Source: Octopus vulgaris (taxonomy: Eukaryota). From it: a stretch of DNA of 64,000 bases. Location of the stretch: positions 42,532,001-42,596,000 of the forward strand of contig OX597815.1 in NCBI GenBank assembly GCA_951406725.2. Reading direction: 5' to 3'. This document shows, one piece after another, positions 1 through 11,958 of the stretch (positions are counted from its first letter, which is position 1; each line of letters starts with the position of its first letter). The position numbers were made by a program, and so were the translations under genes. The notes under the pieces are model-generated. The model was not told the DNA's origin. It did no database searches and worked only from the letters and a program-made list of their open reading frames with translations.

Positions 1-469
1 TGAAGCCTCGATATGGTCGAACGACTTGTTAGAAACAGCAGCTAAATGCCTTTCAAATTATACTCTGGAAGGAGCATATTGGATAATGTAAGCCCTGTAT
101 ACAATGAAGGATTGAACAACGTTGATCGTTGTTCTACTTCTTCACTACTTCTTCGAGTAAAAGTTGAAGCCTTGATATGGTCGAATGACTTGTTAGAAAC
201 AGCAGCTAAATGCCTTTCAAATTATACTCTGGAAGGGGCATATTGGATAATGTAAGCCCTGTATACAATGAAGGATTGAACAACGTTGATCGTTGTTCTA
301 CTTCTTCACTACTTCTTCGAGTAAAAGTTGAAGCCTCGATATGGTCGAACGACTTGTTAGAAACAGCAGCTAAATGCCTTTCAAATTATACTCTGGAAGG
401 AGCATATTGGATAATGCAAGCCCTGTATACAATGAAGGATTGAACAACGTTGATCGTTGTTCTACTTCA
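1..469. repeat. 164-bp tandem repeat, ~2.9 near-identical units visible (array runs off the left edge)
   Basis: The same sequence recurs at a 164-bp offset (ATG at 46, 210, 374). Each unit contains the hairpin GAACAACG-ttgat-CGTTGTTC. Confidence 0.95.
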
Positions 470-519
470 TTAGGTGTGATCCAGCAGGAAACAACTACCT
501 CAACAAATAAAGACTTGTA

Positions 520-922
520 TAATTTCTTTTGTATCATTGCGTTTCCTTCCTTCCTTCCTTTTTCTTTCTTTTGTTATTTCTTTTAATTTTTTTGCCTTTT
601 TTATCTTTCTGGTTTTGCGCTTGATTTGTTCTTCCTTTACCTTTCGTTAGCCTTTTTCTTTTACTTTCCTTCGTTCATCTTTTGTTTTTCTTCGTCTTTC
701 ATTCTTTTGTTCATTCTTCTCGCCTCTTTTTCCTTTCCTTTATTTGTTTGTTTGTTTGTTTCTTTCTTAATTTCTCTTTAATTTTTCTTTCTTTTTTACT
801 CTTTTTTTCTGTTATTATTCTTTCTTTTTATTTCTGCTTTTATTTAATCTGTCATTTCTTTCACTTACTCACTTATTCATTCATTCTTTTTCCTTCCATT
901 CAGTTTTCTTTCTTTCAATTCT

Positions 923-983
<61 letters not shown>

Positions 984-1148
984 TTTCTTCCTTCCTTCCT
1001 TTCTTTCTTTCATTCTTCCTTCTCTTCTTTCTCCTTTTCTTTTTTTACTTTATTCTTTCCAATCGTCATTCTCTCATTTCTTTCTTTCTATCTCTTCTTT
1101 TATGTATACATTCACTTTTTCACTTCTTCCTCCTTTTTTTCTTCTTCT
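520..1148. repeat. Polypyrimidine low-complexity tract with a (CTTT)n core
   Basis: Almost purely C/T on the + strand; (CTTT)n run at ~920-985. Confidence 0.9.
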
Positions 1149-1179
1149 CGCTGCGAAGCACAGTTTGGCTGGGAATCAT

Positions 1180-1193
1180 GTTGCCATAGTAAC
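1180..1193. promoter_or_regulatory. Candidate RFX X-box
   Basis: GTTGCCATAGTAAC matches GTNRCC-N2-RGYAAC exactly and sits in the imperfect palindrome CATGTTGCCATAGTAACATG, within a short non-repetitive island. Confidence 0.45.
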
Positions 1194-1644
1194 ATGTCTG
1201 GCGCTGCTATCAAAACAAACGAAACTTGTGTTTAGTTGCAATCACTGTTCATAGAATATCGAATCGAAGTGTTGGTCGGTCATGTGAAAGAAAACCACTC
1301 CCTAATTCTCTCTCTCTCTCTCTCTCGCATATATATATATATACACATATATACGCACATTCATGTATGTATGCATCTACGCAGCGCTCTCCCTCACTCC
1401 CTCCCCACCACTCTCGCTTGTCTTTCTATTTACTTTTTAGTCACTGGTTCTGTTGTGGCCGTCGTTGATGGAAATAGTCATCGCAGCCGTCACATCACCA
1501 GAGCCATCACAGACAGCAACACCACTACGAAAAGTATTACCGGTAACGTTAATAACCACGCTGCCTGCTGCTACTGTTGCTGCTGCCGATGTTGCTCCCG
1601 CTGCTGCTGTCACTGTTACTACTACAACACTATAATGATGATCC

Positions 1645-2159
1645 TTTCTACTGTGGGCACTAGGCCAGAAATTTTAGGGGAGGGGACTAGTCGATTACAT
1701 CGATCCCCAGAGTTTCCCTGGTACTTAATTTATTGACGTCGACAGGATGAAAAGTCGACCTTGTCGGATTTTTTGAACTGAAAAACGTAAAGATGGACGA
1801 AATACCTATTTCTTCACTACCCACAAAGGGGCTAAACACAGAGAGGACAAACAAGGACAGACAAACGGATTAAGTTGATTATATCGACCCCAGTGCGTAA
1901 CTGGTACTTATTTAATCGACTCCGAAAGGATGAAAGGCAAAGTCGACCTCGGCGGAATTTGAACTCAGAACGTAACGGCAGACGAAATACCGATTTCTTT
2001 ATTACCCACAAGGGGCTAAACACAGAGAGGACAAACAAGGACAGAGAAACGGATTAAGTCGATTACATCGACCCCAGTGCGTACTCAGAACGTAACGGCA
2101 GACGAAATACGGCTACGCATTTGGCCGGCGTGCTAACGTTTCTGCCAGCTGGCCGCCTT
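1645..2159 (-). mobile_element. SINE family A, composite copies (tRNA-like head GGCGGCGAGCTGGCAGAAACGTTAG; central GTCGACTTTGCCTTTCATCCTTTCGGGGTCGATAAA)
   Basis: The motif recurs dozens of times in the window, with a B-box-like GAGTTCAAATTCC. The central motif resembles, from memory, the Nin/Deu-type SINE domain. Confidence 0.85.
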
Positions 2160-2163
2160 ATTA

Positions 2164-2235
<72 letters not shown>

Positions 2236-2743
2236 TTATCTTAACTGATTGGAAGTGTTATCATGTACATTGTTTTATCTTGGTATAAAAGATGGGCTAC
2301 AGCAAATATTCTGCTCAATACCACAGATTTGCTCGTAAGTTGTTTGACCTTAATAAGTTAACCATGTCCTTTAGTGGCTGACGATATGTGCATCTTTGAT
2401 CACAAGCAGAAGTAGTGGGGGAGCATCATAGCCGTGTGTTGAAAGGAATACTTGGAGGTTTGGATAATTCACCTTTGGAAACATGGGTGGTTCGTTCGAA
2501 ACAATCGTTATTCAGGGCCCTTATGAGCAGGATATGCAACTCTACCAGAAGAAAATTCTAACTGGGCCCACCTGCACGGTCATGCGCTGTTTCTCTTGAT
2601 ATGAGGTCACCATGTCGCACACATTTGGTTGTGATGCATGTGCTTGGTGTACCCTTATCAGACAGGTAGTCATGATGGGTATACTGGGCTTCGTATATTT
2701 TACCCCAGTGTCACTTTGATGGCATGCACTGCTCTCTCACTCA
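2236..2743 (+). mobile_element. Short non-coding retroposon with a (TAA)n tail, inserted in (TAA)n
   Basis: Flanked on both sides by (TAA)n arrays. A longer inverted homologue lies at ~6890-7597. Confidence 0.75.
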
Positions 2744-2794
2744 ATAATAATAATAATGATGATAATAATGATAATAATAATAATAATAATAATG

Positions 2795-2856
<62 letters not shown>

Positions 2857-2857
2857 C

Positions 2858-4872
2858 CTTTCTAATAAAGGCACAAGGCCTGAAATTTAAGAGGAGGAGT
2901 TAAATCGATTATGTCGGCCCCAGTACTCAACTGGAAATTAATTTGTTGACCCCGATAAGATGAAAGGCAAAGTTGACGTAGACGGAATTCAAATTCAGAA
3001 CATAGCGACGGGCGAAATACATTTAAGAATTTGGTCCAGCGTGCTAGCAATTCTGCGCACAAGGCCAGCAATTTTGAGGGTAGGAGCCAAAAAATTGTAT
3101 CCAGTATGTCAATGACACTCTATTTGATCGACCCTGAAAAGCAAAGTTGACCATGACAGTATTTGAACTCAGAACATAAAGAGCTGGAGGAAGCATTTTG
3201 CGACGTAACTCAATGATTCTTATTTCTTTATTGCCCACAAGGGGCCAAACATAGAGGGGACAAAGAAGGACAGACAAAGGGATTAAGTCGATCACATCGA
3301 CCCCAGTGTGTAACTGGTACTTAATTTATCGACCCCGAAAGGATGAAAGGCAAAGTCGACCTCGGCGGAATTTGAACTCAGAACGTAGCGGCGGACGAAA
3401 TACCGCAAAGCATTTCGCCCTGTGTGCTAACGTTTCTGCCAGCTCGCCATCTTACGTAACTCAATGATTCTGTCAGCTCACCACCTCAAAAGATCCTTTG
3501 TATCATAAGCACAAGGCTTGGCATTTGGGGGGAGAGGTAGTCGAATATGTCGATCTCAGTTCTTAACTGATACTTATTTCATTGATCTCGAGTATATGAA
3601 AGGCAAAGTTGATCTCGGCGAAATTTTAATTAAAACCCTAAAGCTGGAAGAAATGCCGCTAAGCATTTTGTCCGGCGTGCCAATGATTCTGCAACTTTGC
3701 CACCTTAATAATAATTATTTCAAATTTTTGTACGAGGCCATTAATTTTACGGGGGGTGGGGTAGTTGATTATATCAGTCTCTAGTGCTCAACAGATACTT
3801 ATTTTATCGACCTCCTGAGGATGAAAGGCATAGTTGACCTTGATGGCGTTTGAACTGAAAACATAAAGAGCCGAATGTAATGCTGCCTAGCATTTTGTCT
3901 GATGTGGTAACGATTCTGCCAATTCGTCGCCTTAAAATACTTTTGTAAAGACTCCTCTGGAAAAAAAACCAGAAAGACAAAAATGGGTAAATTCATTATT
4001 TCTTTATTTGCCACAACAGGCAAAGATGAGAGGACTGGACAAAAACAGTTTTGGTTCGCAAAGAATAAAGAGTATAAAGAAAATATGCTTGATAAAAAAG
4101 ACACCCTTATAAAACAAGTAAAAAAGAAATTATATTTTCCTATCGGGGAATTCCCATCTAGGGCCAAATAGAACCCCACAAATGCTGGTTTCAAAGGCCA
4201 GCAATTTCGGGGGAGAAGATAAGCTGATGACATCGAATCCCAGTGTTCAACTGGTACTTATTTTATCGACCCCGAAAGGATGTAAGACATAATTGACCTC
4301 GGCGGAATTTGAACTCAGGACGTAAAGACAGATGAAATGAAATGTCACTATGCATTTTATCGCGCGTGCTAACGAGTCTTTTCTACTCCAGGCACAAGGC
4401 CCAAAATTTTGGGGAGTAGGCCAGTCGATTAGATCGACACCAGTATGCAACTGGTACCTATTTTATCGACTTCGAAAGCTAAACATAGAGGGGACAAACA
4501 AGAACAGACAAATGGATTAAGTCGATTACATCAACCTCAGTGCGTAACTGGTACTTAATTTATCGACCCCGAAAGGATGAAAGGCAAAGTCGACCTCGGC
4601 GGAATTTGAACACGGAACGTAGCGGCAGACGAAATACCTATTTCTTTACTACCCACAAGGGGCTAAACACAGAGGAGACAAACAAGGACAGACAGACGGA
4701 TTAAGTCGATTATATCGACTCCAGTGCGTGACTGGTCCTTAATTTATCGACCCCGAAAGGATGAAAAGCAAAGTCGACCTCGGCGGAATTTGAACTCAGA
4801 ACGTAACGGCAGACGAAATACCACTACGCACTTCGCCCGGCGAGCTAACGTTTCTGCCAGCTCGCCGCCTTG
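2858..4872 (-). mobile_element. Cluster of nested and tandem SINE family A copies of different ages
   Basis: Repeated GACCCCGAAAGGATGAAAGGCAAAGTCGACCTCGGCGGAATTTGAACTCAG, all in the same orientation. Confidence 0.85.
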
Positions 4873-4889
4873 CCAAATAGTAATATCAA

Positions 4890-5178
4890 TACCACCACCA
4901 CCACCACCACCACCACCACCTTCCCACCTTCCTCATCGTCGTCGTCGTCATCATCATCGTCTAGCTCCTGTTCCCTCTCAGCATCACATTGGTCAAAGTT
5001 GTAGTTAGAGATTCATTGCATTTGACGATGTGGTCATGGTTGGAAGGCTTTTCATTATAGGTCGGTACGAACAGGGAGGCTGGTGAACCCTGGAGTTTGA
5101 CCACCCCACCCCACCGCCGCTGCTGCCGTCGCCACCGTCTCCGCCGCCGCCGCCGTCAAAACCACCACCACCACCACC

Positions 5179-5210
<32 letters not shown>

Positions 5211-5768
5211 CAACAACAACAAAAATAGCACCAGTACCGGCTTTACTAGCTTCCACTGCTTCCGATGTAAGCCACACCCATCTCTATCGTCATCGTCATC
5301 CTCACCACCACCACCACCACTACCAATGCCTCAACAACAACAACAACAACAACAAAGAACCATCAACTATGCTATCACTAACAACTGTTGTTATTATTAC
5401 AATCTCTTCTATTCACTGCTGTAACCACTATTGTTTTATCGCTGTCTTATTGTCTACAGTAGTAGCAGCACTTGCTGTACTAGCACCATCAGCTCCATCA
5501 CCACCACCACCACCACTACCACTACTACCACCACCACCACCACCATCACCACCACCACCACCACCACCACAACTATCACCAATTGTGCCGCCACCAACAC
5601 TTCCACCATGTATCAATACCCCTACCGACGTCGTTCTTATCACTGAAGCTGAAATTCTGTCATTATACTATTCACATTGCAATAGACACAGCAATACCAA
5701 CAGTAACAACAACAACAACAACATCAAAGGCAAGAAGGACAGTAGCAAAGAGAGCTACAACTGCAATG

Positions 5769-5844
<76 letters not shown>

Positions 5845-5850
5845 TAGTGA
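4890..5850. repeat. Mixed (CCA)n/(CAA)n/(CCG)n/(TAA)n trinucleotide microsatellite field
   Basis: Direct inspection; source of the poly-P/T/G/N ORFs. Confidence 0.9.
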
Positions 5851-6018
5851 TAATGATCCATTCTATAAAAATTACCAGTGTTCCACTGGTACGTAATTTA
5901 TCGACCCCAAAAATGATGAAAGGGAAAGTCGACCTCGGTGGAATGTGAACTTAGAATGTTTTAATGATTCTGTTACATGTACATGTGCGTGTGTGTGTTT
6001 CGTTTTGTTCTTGTCGCA

Positions 6019-6084
<66 letters not shown>

Positions 6085-6107
6085 ATTATTATTATTATTA
6101 TTATTAT

Positions 6108-6870
6108 TAGGTGAGCTGGCAGAAACGTTAGCGCGCCGGTCGAAATGCTTAGCGGTATTTCGTCTGCCGCTACGTTCTCTGTTCAAATTCCGCCGAAGTC
6201 GACTTTGCCTTTCATCCTTTCGGGATCGATAAATTAGGTACCAGTTATGCACTGCGGTCGAGTAATCGACTTAATCCGTTTGTCTATTCTTGTTTGTTCC
6301 CTCTATGTTTAGCCCCTTGTGGGTAATAAAGAAATAGGTAATTCGTCTGCTGCTACGTTCTGAGTTCAAATTCCGTCGAGGTTAACTTTGCCTTTCATCC
6401 TTTCGGGGTCGATTAAATAAGTACCAGTTACGCACTGGAGTCGATATAATCGACTTAATCCGTTTGTTTGTCCTTGTTTGATCTCTCTGTGTTTAGCCCC
6501 TATTGGCTAGTAAAGAAATAGGTATTTCGTCTGCTGCTACGTTCTGAGTTCAAATTCCGCCGAGGCCGGCTTTGCATTCCATCCTTTCGGGGTCGATAAA
6601 TTAAGTACCAGTTACGCACTGGAGTCGATATAATCGACTTAATCCGTTTCTCTGTCCTTGTTTGTCCTCTCTGTGTTTAGCCCCTTGTGGATAATAAAGA
6701 AATAGGTATTTCGTCTGCCGCTACGTTCTGAGTTCAAATTCTGCCGAGGTTAACTTTGCCTTTCATCCTTTCGGTGTTCAGTAAAAGAACAACCAGTTGA
6801 ATTCTTGGGTTAATGTAATCGACTATCCCCCACCGCCATAATTTCAGGCTTTGTGCTTATAATAGAAAGG
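6108..6870 (+). mobile_element. SINE family A composite with ~4 internally repeated modules
   Basis: Head at ~6109, then the TACGTTCTGAGTTCAAATTCC...GCCCCTTGTGG module repeated at ~183-bp spacing. Confidence 0.85.
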
Positions 6871-6889
6871 ATTTTTATTATTATTATTA

Positions 6890-7597
6890 TTGAGTGAGAG
6901 AGCAGTGCATGCTATCAAAGTGACACTGGAGTAAAATATACGAAGCCCAGTATACCCATCATAACTACCCGTCTGATAAGGGTACACTAGGCACATGCAT
7001 CTCAACCATATGTACGCAGCAGTGATTTCACATCTGGTCCTTAATTTATCGACCCCGAAAGGATGAAAAGCAAAGTCGACCTCGGCGGAATTTGAACTCA
7101 GAACGTAACGGCAGACGAAATACCACTAAGCACTTCGCCCGGCGAGCTAACGTTTCTGCCAGCTCGCCGCCTTGCCAAATAGTAATATTAAGGGCCAGAT
7201 AAACAACGCATGACCTTGCAGGTTTGGATTTTCTACAGGTCAAGTAGCCTATCCCGCTCAAAAGGTCCCTGAATAGGGGTTGTTTAAGGATGTTGAACGA
7301 ACCACCCATGTTTCCAAAGGTGAATTATCCAAATCCCAAAGAATTCCTCTTAACATGTGGCTATGATGCTCCCCCACTACTTCTGCTCGTGATCAGAGAT
7401 GCACATATCGTTAGCCACTAAGGGACATGCTCAACTGGTTAAGATCAAACAACTTACGAGCAAATCTGTGGTATTGAGCAGAATATTTGCTTTAGCCCAC
7501 CTTTTATACCATGACAAAACAATGTACATAATAACACTTCCAATCAGTTAAGAACAGAAGCCACGAGAGCCACTGCCTGGTACTGCATCCGGGCATT
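6890..7597 (-). mobile_element. Second copy of the (TAA)n-associated short retroposon, interrupted by a 155-bp insert
   Basis: Reverse complement of 2236-2743 with an extra 5' portion; (TAT)n on both sides. Confidence 0.75.
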
Positions 7598-7967
7598 TAT
7601 TATTATCAACAAAACAGAATGAACAGCAGAAAACAGCAATAGAAATTATGATTATAACTATTACAGGGGCAACGACGCGAGGATATTAGCAACACCGGAA
7701 ATTGCAACAATAGAAGTGGAAGTAAATATAATAACATTAATAATGAAACAAGGAAGAGGTTCTAAATGGTACTGAAACTTTCGCAAACTAGAAACCGAAT
7801 CTTCATCTTAGCAAAGAGGAAGGACACATTGGGGTTGGTCACGGCTGGAACGCGTTTGATCATAGACTGCTAGATCTGGGCTGATCTCAGGCTGGACTAT
7901 AACAATAGACGCAACTAGCCAATGATGGAGCATCTATGTGTGAATTGAAAATTGTAGTCCTAGATAC

Positions 7968-7968
<1 letters not shown>

Positions 7969-8022
<54 letters not shown>

Positions 8023-8092
8023 GGAGAGAGAGAGAAAGAGAAAACGGGAGAGAGGGAGAGAGGGAGGATGGGAAGGAGAGAAAAAAAGAGTG
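7969..8092. repeat. (GA)n microsatellite and purine tract
   Basis: Direct inspection. Confidence 0.9.
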
Positions 8093-8469
8093 AAGAACTG
8101 GTCAAGTATAGAATGCTTTTCATCATAAGCTTGCCCGATCAGATGTGACCGAGCCTTCGACAGCACAGGAACAGAAATAATGGCTTCACTTACATCAATT
8201 AAGAGCAGCACAAGCAGAAGCAAAAACAACAATTATATAAGCAGCAGTAGTAGTAGCAGCCACAGCAGCAGTAGTAGTAGCCACAGCAATAACAGCAACA
8301 ACAGCAGTAGCAGCGGCAACAGCAGCAACAGCGTAAAAAACATACAAAAGCAGCAGTCAAACTGTTAGTGACAGTAACAGCAACAACAACACGAATAGCT
8401 ACAAATGCAACAATGACAACAGCAACAGCAGCAGCGGCAGCCGCAGCAACAGCAGCAGCAGTAGTAAAA

Positions 8470-8628
8470 ATGTGGCTCAATGGTAAGAAGTTTGCTTGCA
8501 AACCACATGGTTCCGGTATCGGTCTCACTGCGTGAAACCTTGGACAATTGTCCTATATTATAGTCCCGAACCGAACAAAGCCTTGTGAGTGGATTTTGTA
8601 GACAGAAACCGAAAGAAGACCGTCCTGC

Positions 8629-8685
<57 letters not shown>
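8470..8685 (+). mobile_element. SINE family B 5' half, ending in (TA)n
   Basis: TGTGGCTCAATGGTAAG head, CORE-like ACCTTGGACAA, CCTTGTGAGTGGATTT. Homologous to 35455-35875. Confidence 0.7.
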
Positions 8686-8687
<2 letters not shown>

Positions 8688-8924
8688 AAATTTAGAGGAC
8701 TGACCACTTTGCCTTGCTTATTTTTACATTTTGTTTTTTTGGGCTGAGATTTTTCTTGAGAAGACATTCTTCGTGGTAATGGTGATTTGACGTCTATGTT
8801 TAGCATATAGGCTGTCCACTTTTAGTGGTTAGTCGTCTAAATTTTGTATGTAACACAATTTTTAATCGTCTAACTTTTTAAAAATATGCTAAGCCACTGG
8901 TTTTAATCGATTAATATCAATTAT

Positions 8925-8999
<75 letters not shown>

Positions 9000-9009
9000 C
9001 ATATATGGC

Positions 9010-9332
9010 ATGGACTCTCCCGACGTCAAAGGGTTCGGTAATTACTTGCCGAACAACCACGCAGATGATTTGTTTATAGAGATCAAGTGTTTGTGTACAC
9101 ACAAGCTCAGTCCCTCCATCAAATCGACATTACCTGTATAGGTGCACCGTGTGCATACGTGTGTGTGACCTTACCTGTAGAGGTGCACCGTGTACCACCG
9201 TGTGCCACATGATGAAGTTATCGCAGAGCAACGTGAAACGAAGTGCTTTGCTCAGAAACACAACGCAACGCCCGGTCTCGCAATTATTAGTGCCACACCC
9301 TAACCACTAAACCATGCACCTCACATGCGCCT
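9010..9332 (-). mobile_element. tRNA-derived SINE (family D variant)
   Basis: GAGCAACGTGAAACGAAGTGCTTTGCTCAGAAACACAACGC...CTAACCACTA; homologous to 31950-32242. Confidence 0.65.
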
Positions 9333-9337
9333 TCACA

Positions 9338-9387
<50 letters not shown>

Positions 9388-9417
9388 CATACATATATAT
9401 GTGTGTGTGTATGTGCC

Positions 9418-9609
9418 AGTCGCCATGATAGATCGGTAGCCACTACACTCATTTTTTTCTCTCCTTGTTTCTTTCTGTGTTCCTTTCTGTGGAAGAGCGT
9501 AGGCTCGAAACGTAAAAGACTTTTTCAATTCCCGAGCGTTATACTAATACATCTGTTTGTTTTCTACACCATCTGTCTTCGTCTTTTGTTTTTTACGTGA
9601 ATTCTCCCT
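9418..9609 (+). mobile_element. Solo Penelope-like terminal repeat (pLTR) inserted in (TA)n
   Basis: Homologous to 27950-28160, the 3' end of the GIY-YIG element; carries a hammerhead-like motif. Confidence 0.7.
9483..9518 (+). ncRNA. Minimal type-I hammerhead-like motif with variant core
   Basis: CTTT | CTGTGGA A | GAGC gtag GCTC | GAAA CGTA | AAAG: stem I, variant core (U at position 6), stem II, GAAA, palindromic stem III, GUA site. Confidence 0.6.
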
Positions 9610-9643
9610 ATATATATACATATATATATACATATATATATAC

Positions 9644-9690
<47 letters not shown>

Positions 9691-9732
9691 TATGTATATG
9701 TGCGTGTGTATATATATGTGTATGTGTGTGTG

Positions 9733-9786
<54 letters not shown>

Positions 9787-10733
9787 TGTCATTGTGCTTG
9801 TGTTTGTCTCTCACCACCGCCTGACAATCGGCGATGGTGTATTTATGTTCCCGAACCTAGCAATGTAGAAAAAGAGTTCGATAAAATAAATACTAAGTTT
9901 TTTAAAAAAATAAGCACCAGGAACGAATCGTTCGACTAAAATTCTTCAAGCCGGTGCTCCAGCATGGCCACAGTCTAATGACTGAAACAAGTAAAATAAA
10001 TAAACGAAAAAAAAAAAACAGGTATACTAACAACAACTACAATAACTACGACAGTTTTGGCATCAGCGACATCATCACCAATAACAACAACAGCAGCAGC
10101 AACAACAGTAGAAACGAGAACAATAGAATCGACAACAATAGTCTTAGCAGCAATGTACCAACCACAAAAGCAGTAATGGATCTCCAGCGGTTTCGGCGAT
10201 GAGTATTCAGTTGTTGGTCGATCATTGAATTACGTGGTTAAGTATTCCAAAGACAAGTGTACTCTTAGCGTAATTATTGGTTTAAAATTTTAGCACAAGG
10301 CCAGTATGTTCGGAGAAGGGGGGGATGAAATGCAAAGTCGACTCCGCAGGCATTTGAAATCAGAACGTAAAGACGGACAAAACGCCGCTAAGCGTTTTAC
10401 CCAGCGCAATAGCGACTCTGCCAGCTCGCCGCCTTTAACTCTCAGAATTATTTTCAGGCAGATTAAGCATGTGTGTGTGTGAGACAAGGCTGTGTCTTTG
10501 ATTTACAGGTACAGCCTATCTGACTGGCTTCCACACAGTTTCCGTCGATCCAATTTCACTGACATAGCTTGGTTCAATCGGAAGCTATTCGTCAAGGCTA
10601 AAATATTTTTCATCATAACTTGCCCGATCAGATTTGATTTGGCTTCAACAGCAATAGGAACAGGAATAATAGCTTCGCTTACATCAATTAAGAGCAGCAC
10701 TAGCAGAAGAAACAACAATAATTATATAAGCAG

Positions 10734-10793
<60 letters not shown>

Positions 10794-11164
10794 CGGCAGC
10801 ATCACAAAAACAGAAACAAAAAAGCAAAAAGCAACAGTATAAAAAACAAACAATTTTAGCAAAACACTAAAATACTTGCTCAAATGCCACGCTTGAAATT
10901 GAGCCCAGAACCCAGTAGTTGCGAAACATATACTTCTTAGCCATTTGGTCATGCAGAGTCTAATCTAACAAAATCCTCCTCCTCCTCCGTGTAAGCACCG
11001 GGCTGAAAACTCTTTGGATAGAAAATATAGAAGGTTGCTCTTTGGACTTGAACCTACATTTCCTGTAAACATGACAGACGTTCTGCTATATGACCAAAGC
11101 AATCTTTCTCAATATCAATCACAATATTGTTACAGTGTAAGAATAGGATAAAGGGAAAAGGGTA

Positions 11165-11490
11165 TAGACCCCCTTTCAGTCATGGGTGACCATGGGATTG
11201 TACCTAAAAAGTTACCCTCCGAGGCACAAGTCTAGGCAAGGTTGTTTATGGAAGACCAGCAGTCGCCCATGCATACCAGCCTTCCTTCTCTATGCCACCG
11301 ATGTTGTCCAAAAGAAAGAGAAAGGCGGATACAGCTTGGCACTTGTGACGTTGCAACTCATTCCTACAGCTGAGTGAACTGGAGCAGCATGAAATGGTGT
11401 GTTGTTCAAGAATACAACACACAGTCCAGGGATCGAACTCATTACCTCATGATTGTGAGCCCAACGCTCTAACCACTGAGTTATGCACCT
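11165..11490 (-). mobile_element. tRNA-derived SINE family D
   Basis: A/B boxes on the minus strand plus CTCCAGTTCACTCAGCTGTAG (Meta/MESC-like central motif, from memory); homologous to 25917-26285. Confidence 0.75.
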
Positions 11491-11594
11491 TTACAGTGTA
11501 AGAATAATGGCTTTTAATTTAGGCAGAAGGCCATCAGTGTTAAGATGTGGGGTCAAGTCAATGCCATTGTCCGCAGTACTTACTTTTTACATTT

Positions 11595-11958
11595 TTACTT
11601 TCCATTTTGTTTCAGTCATTTGACTGCGGCCATGCTGGAGCACCGCCTTTAGTCGAACAAATGAACCCCAGGACTTATTCTTTGTAAGCCTAGTGCTTAT
11701 TCTATTGGTCTCTTTTGCCGAACTGCTAAGCTACGGGGACATAAATACACCAATATCGGTTGTCAAGTGATAGTGGGGGGACAAATACAGACAAACACAC
11801 ACACACACACACACATACGACGAGCTTCTTTCAGTTTCTGTCTACCAAATCCATTCACAAGGCTTTGGTCAGCCCGAGGCTGTAAGTGGAAGACACTTGT
11901 CCAAGGTATCATGCAGTGGGACTGGACCCGGAACCATGTGGTTGGTGAGCAAGCTACT
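11595..11958 (-). mobile_element. SINE family B with internal (CA)n
   Basis: Reverse complement of the 35455-35875 family, including the GGCGGTGCTCCAGCATGGCCGCAGTCAAATGACTGAAAC tail. Confidence 0.8.

Noticed and set aside
682-1254. 190-aa Phe/Leu/Ser-rich ORF
   Set aside because: Read-through of a polypyrimidine tract; non-ATG start.
5005-5948. Poly-Gly/Pro/Thr/Asn ORFs
   Set aside because: Trinucleotide microsatellites are open in several frames on both strands; no domain or splice support.
7540-7597. HDV-like ribozyme at the 5' end of the (TAA)n-targeting element
   Set aside because: I could not build the nested P1/P2/P3/P1.1 pseudoknot by eye.
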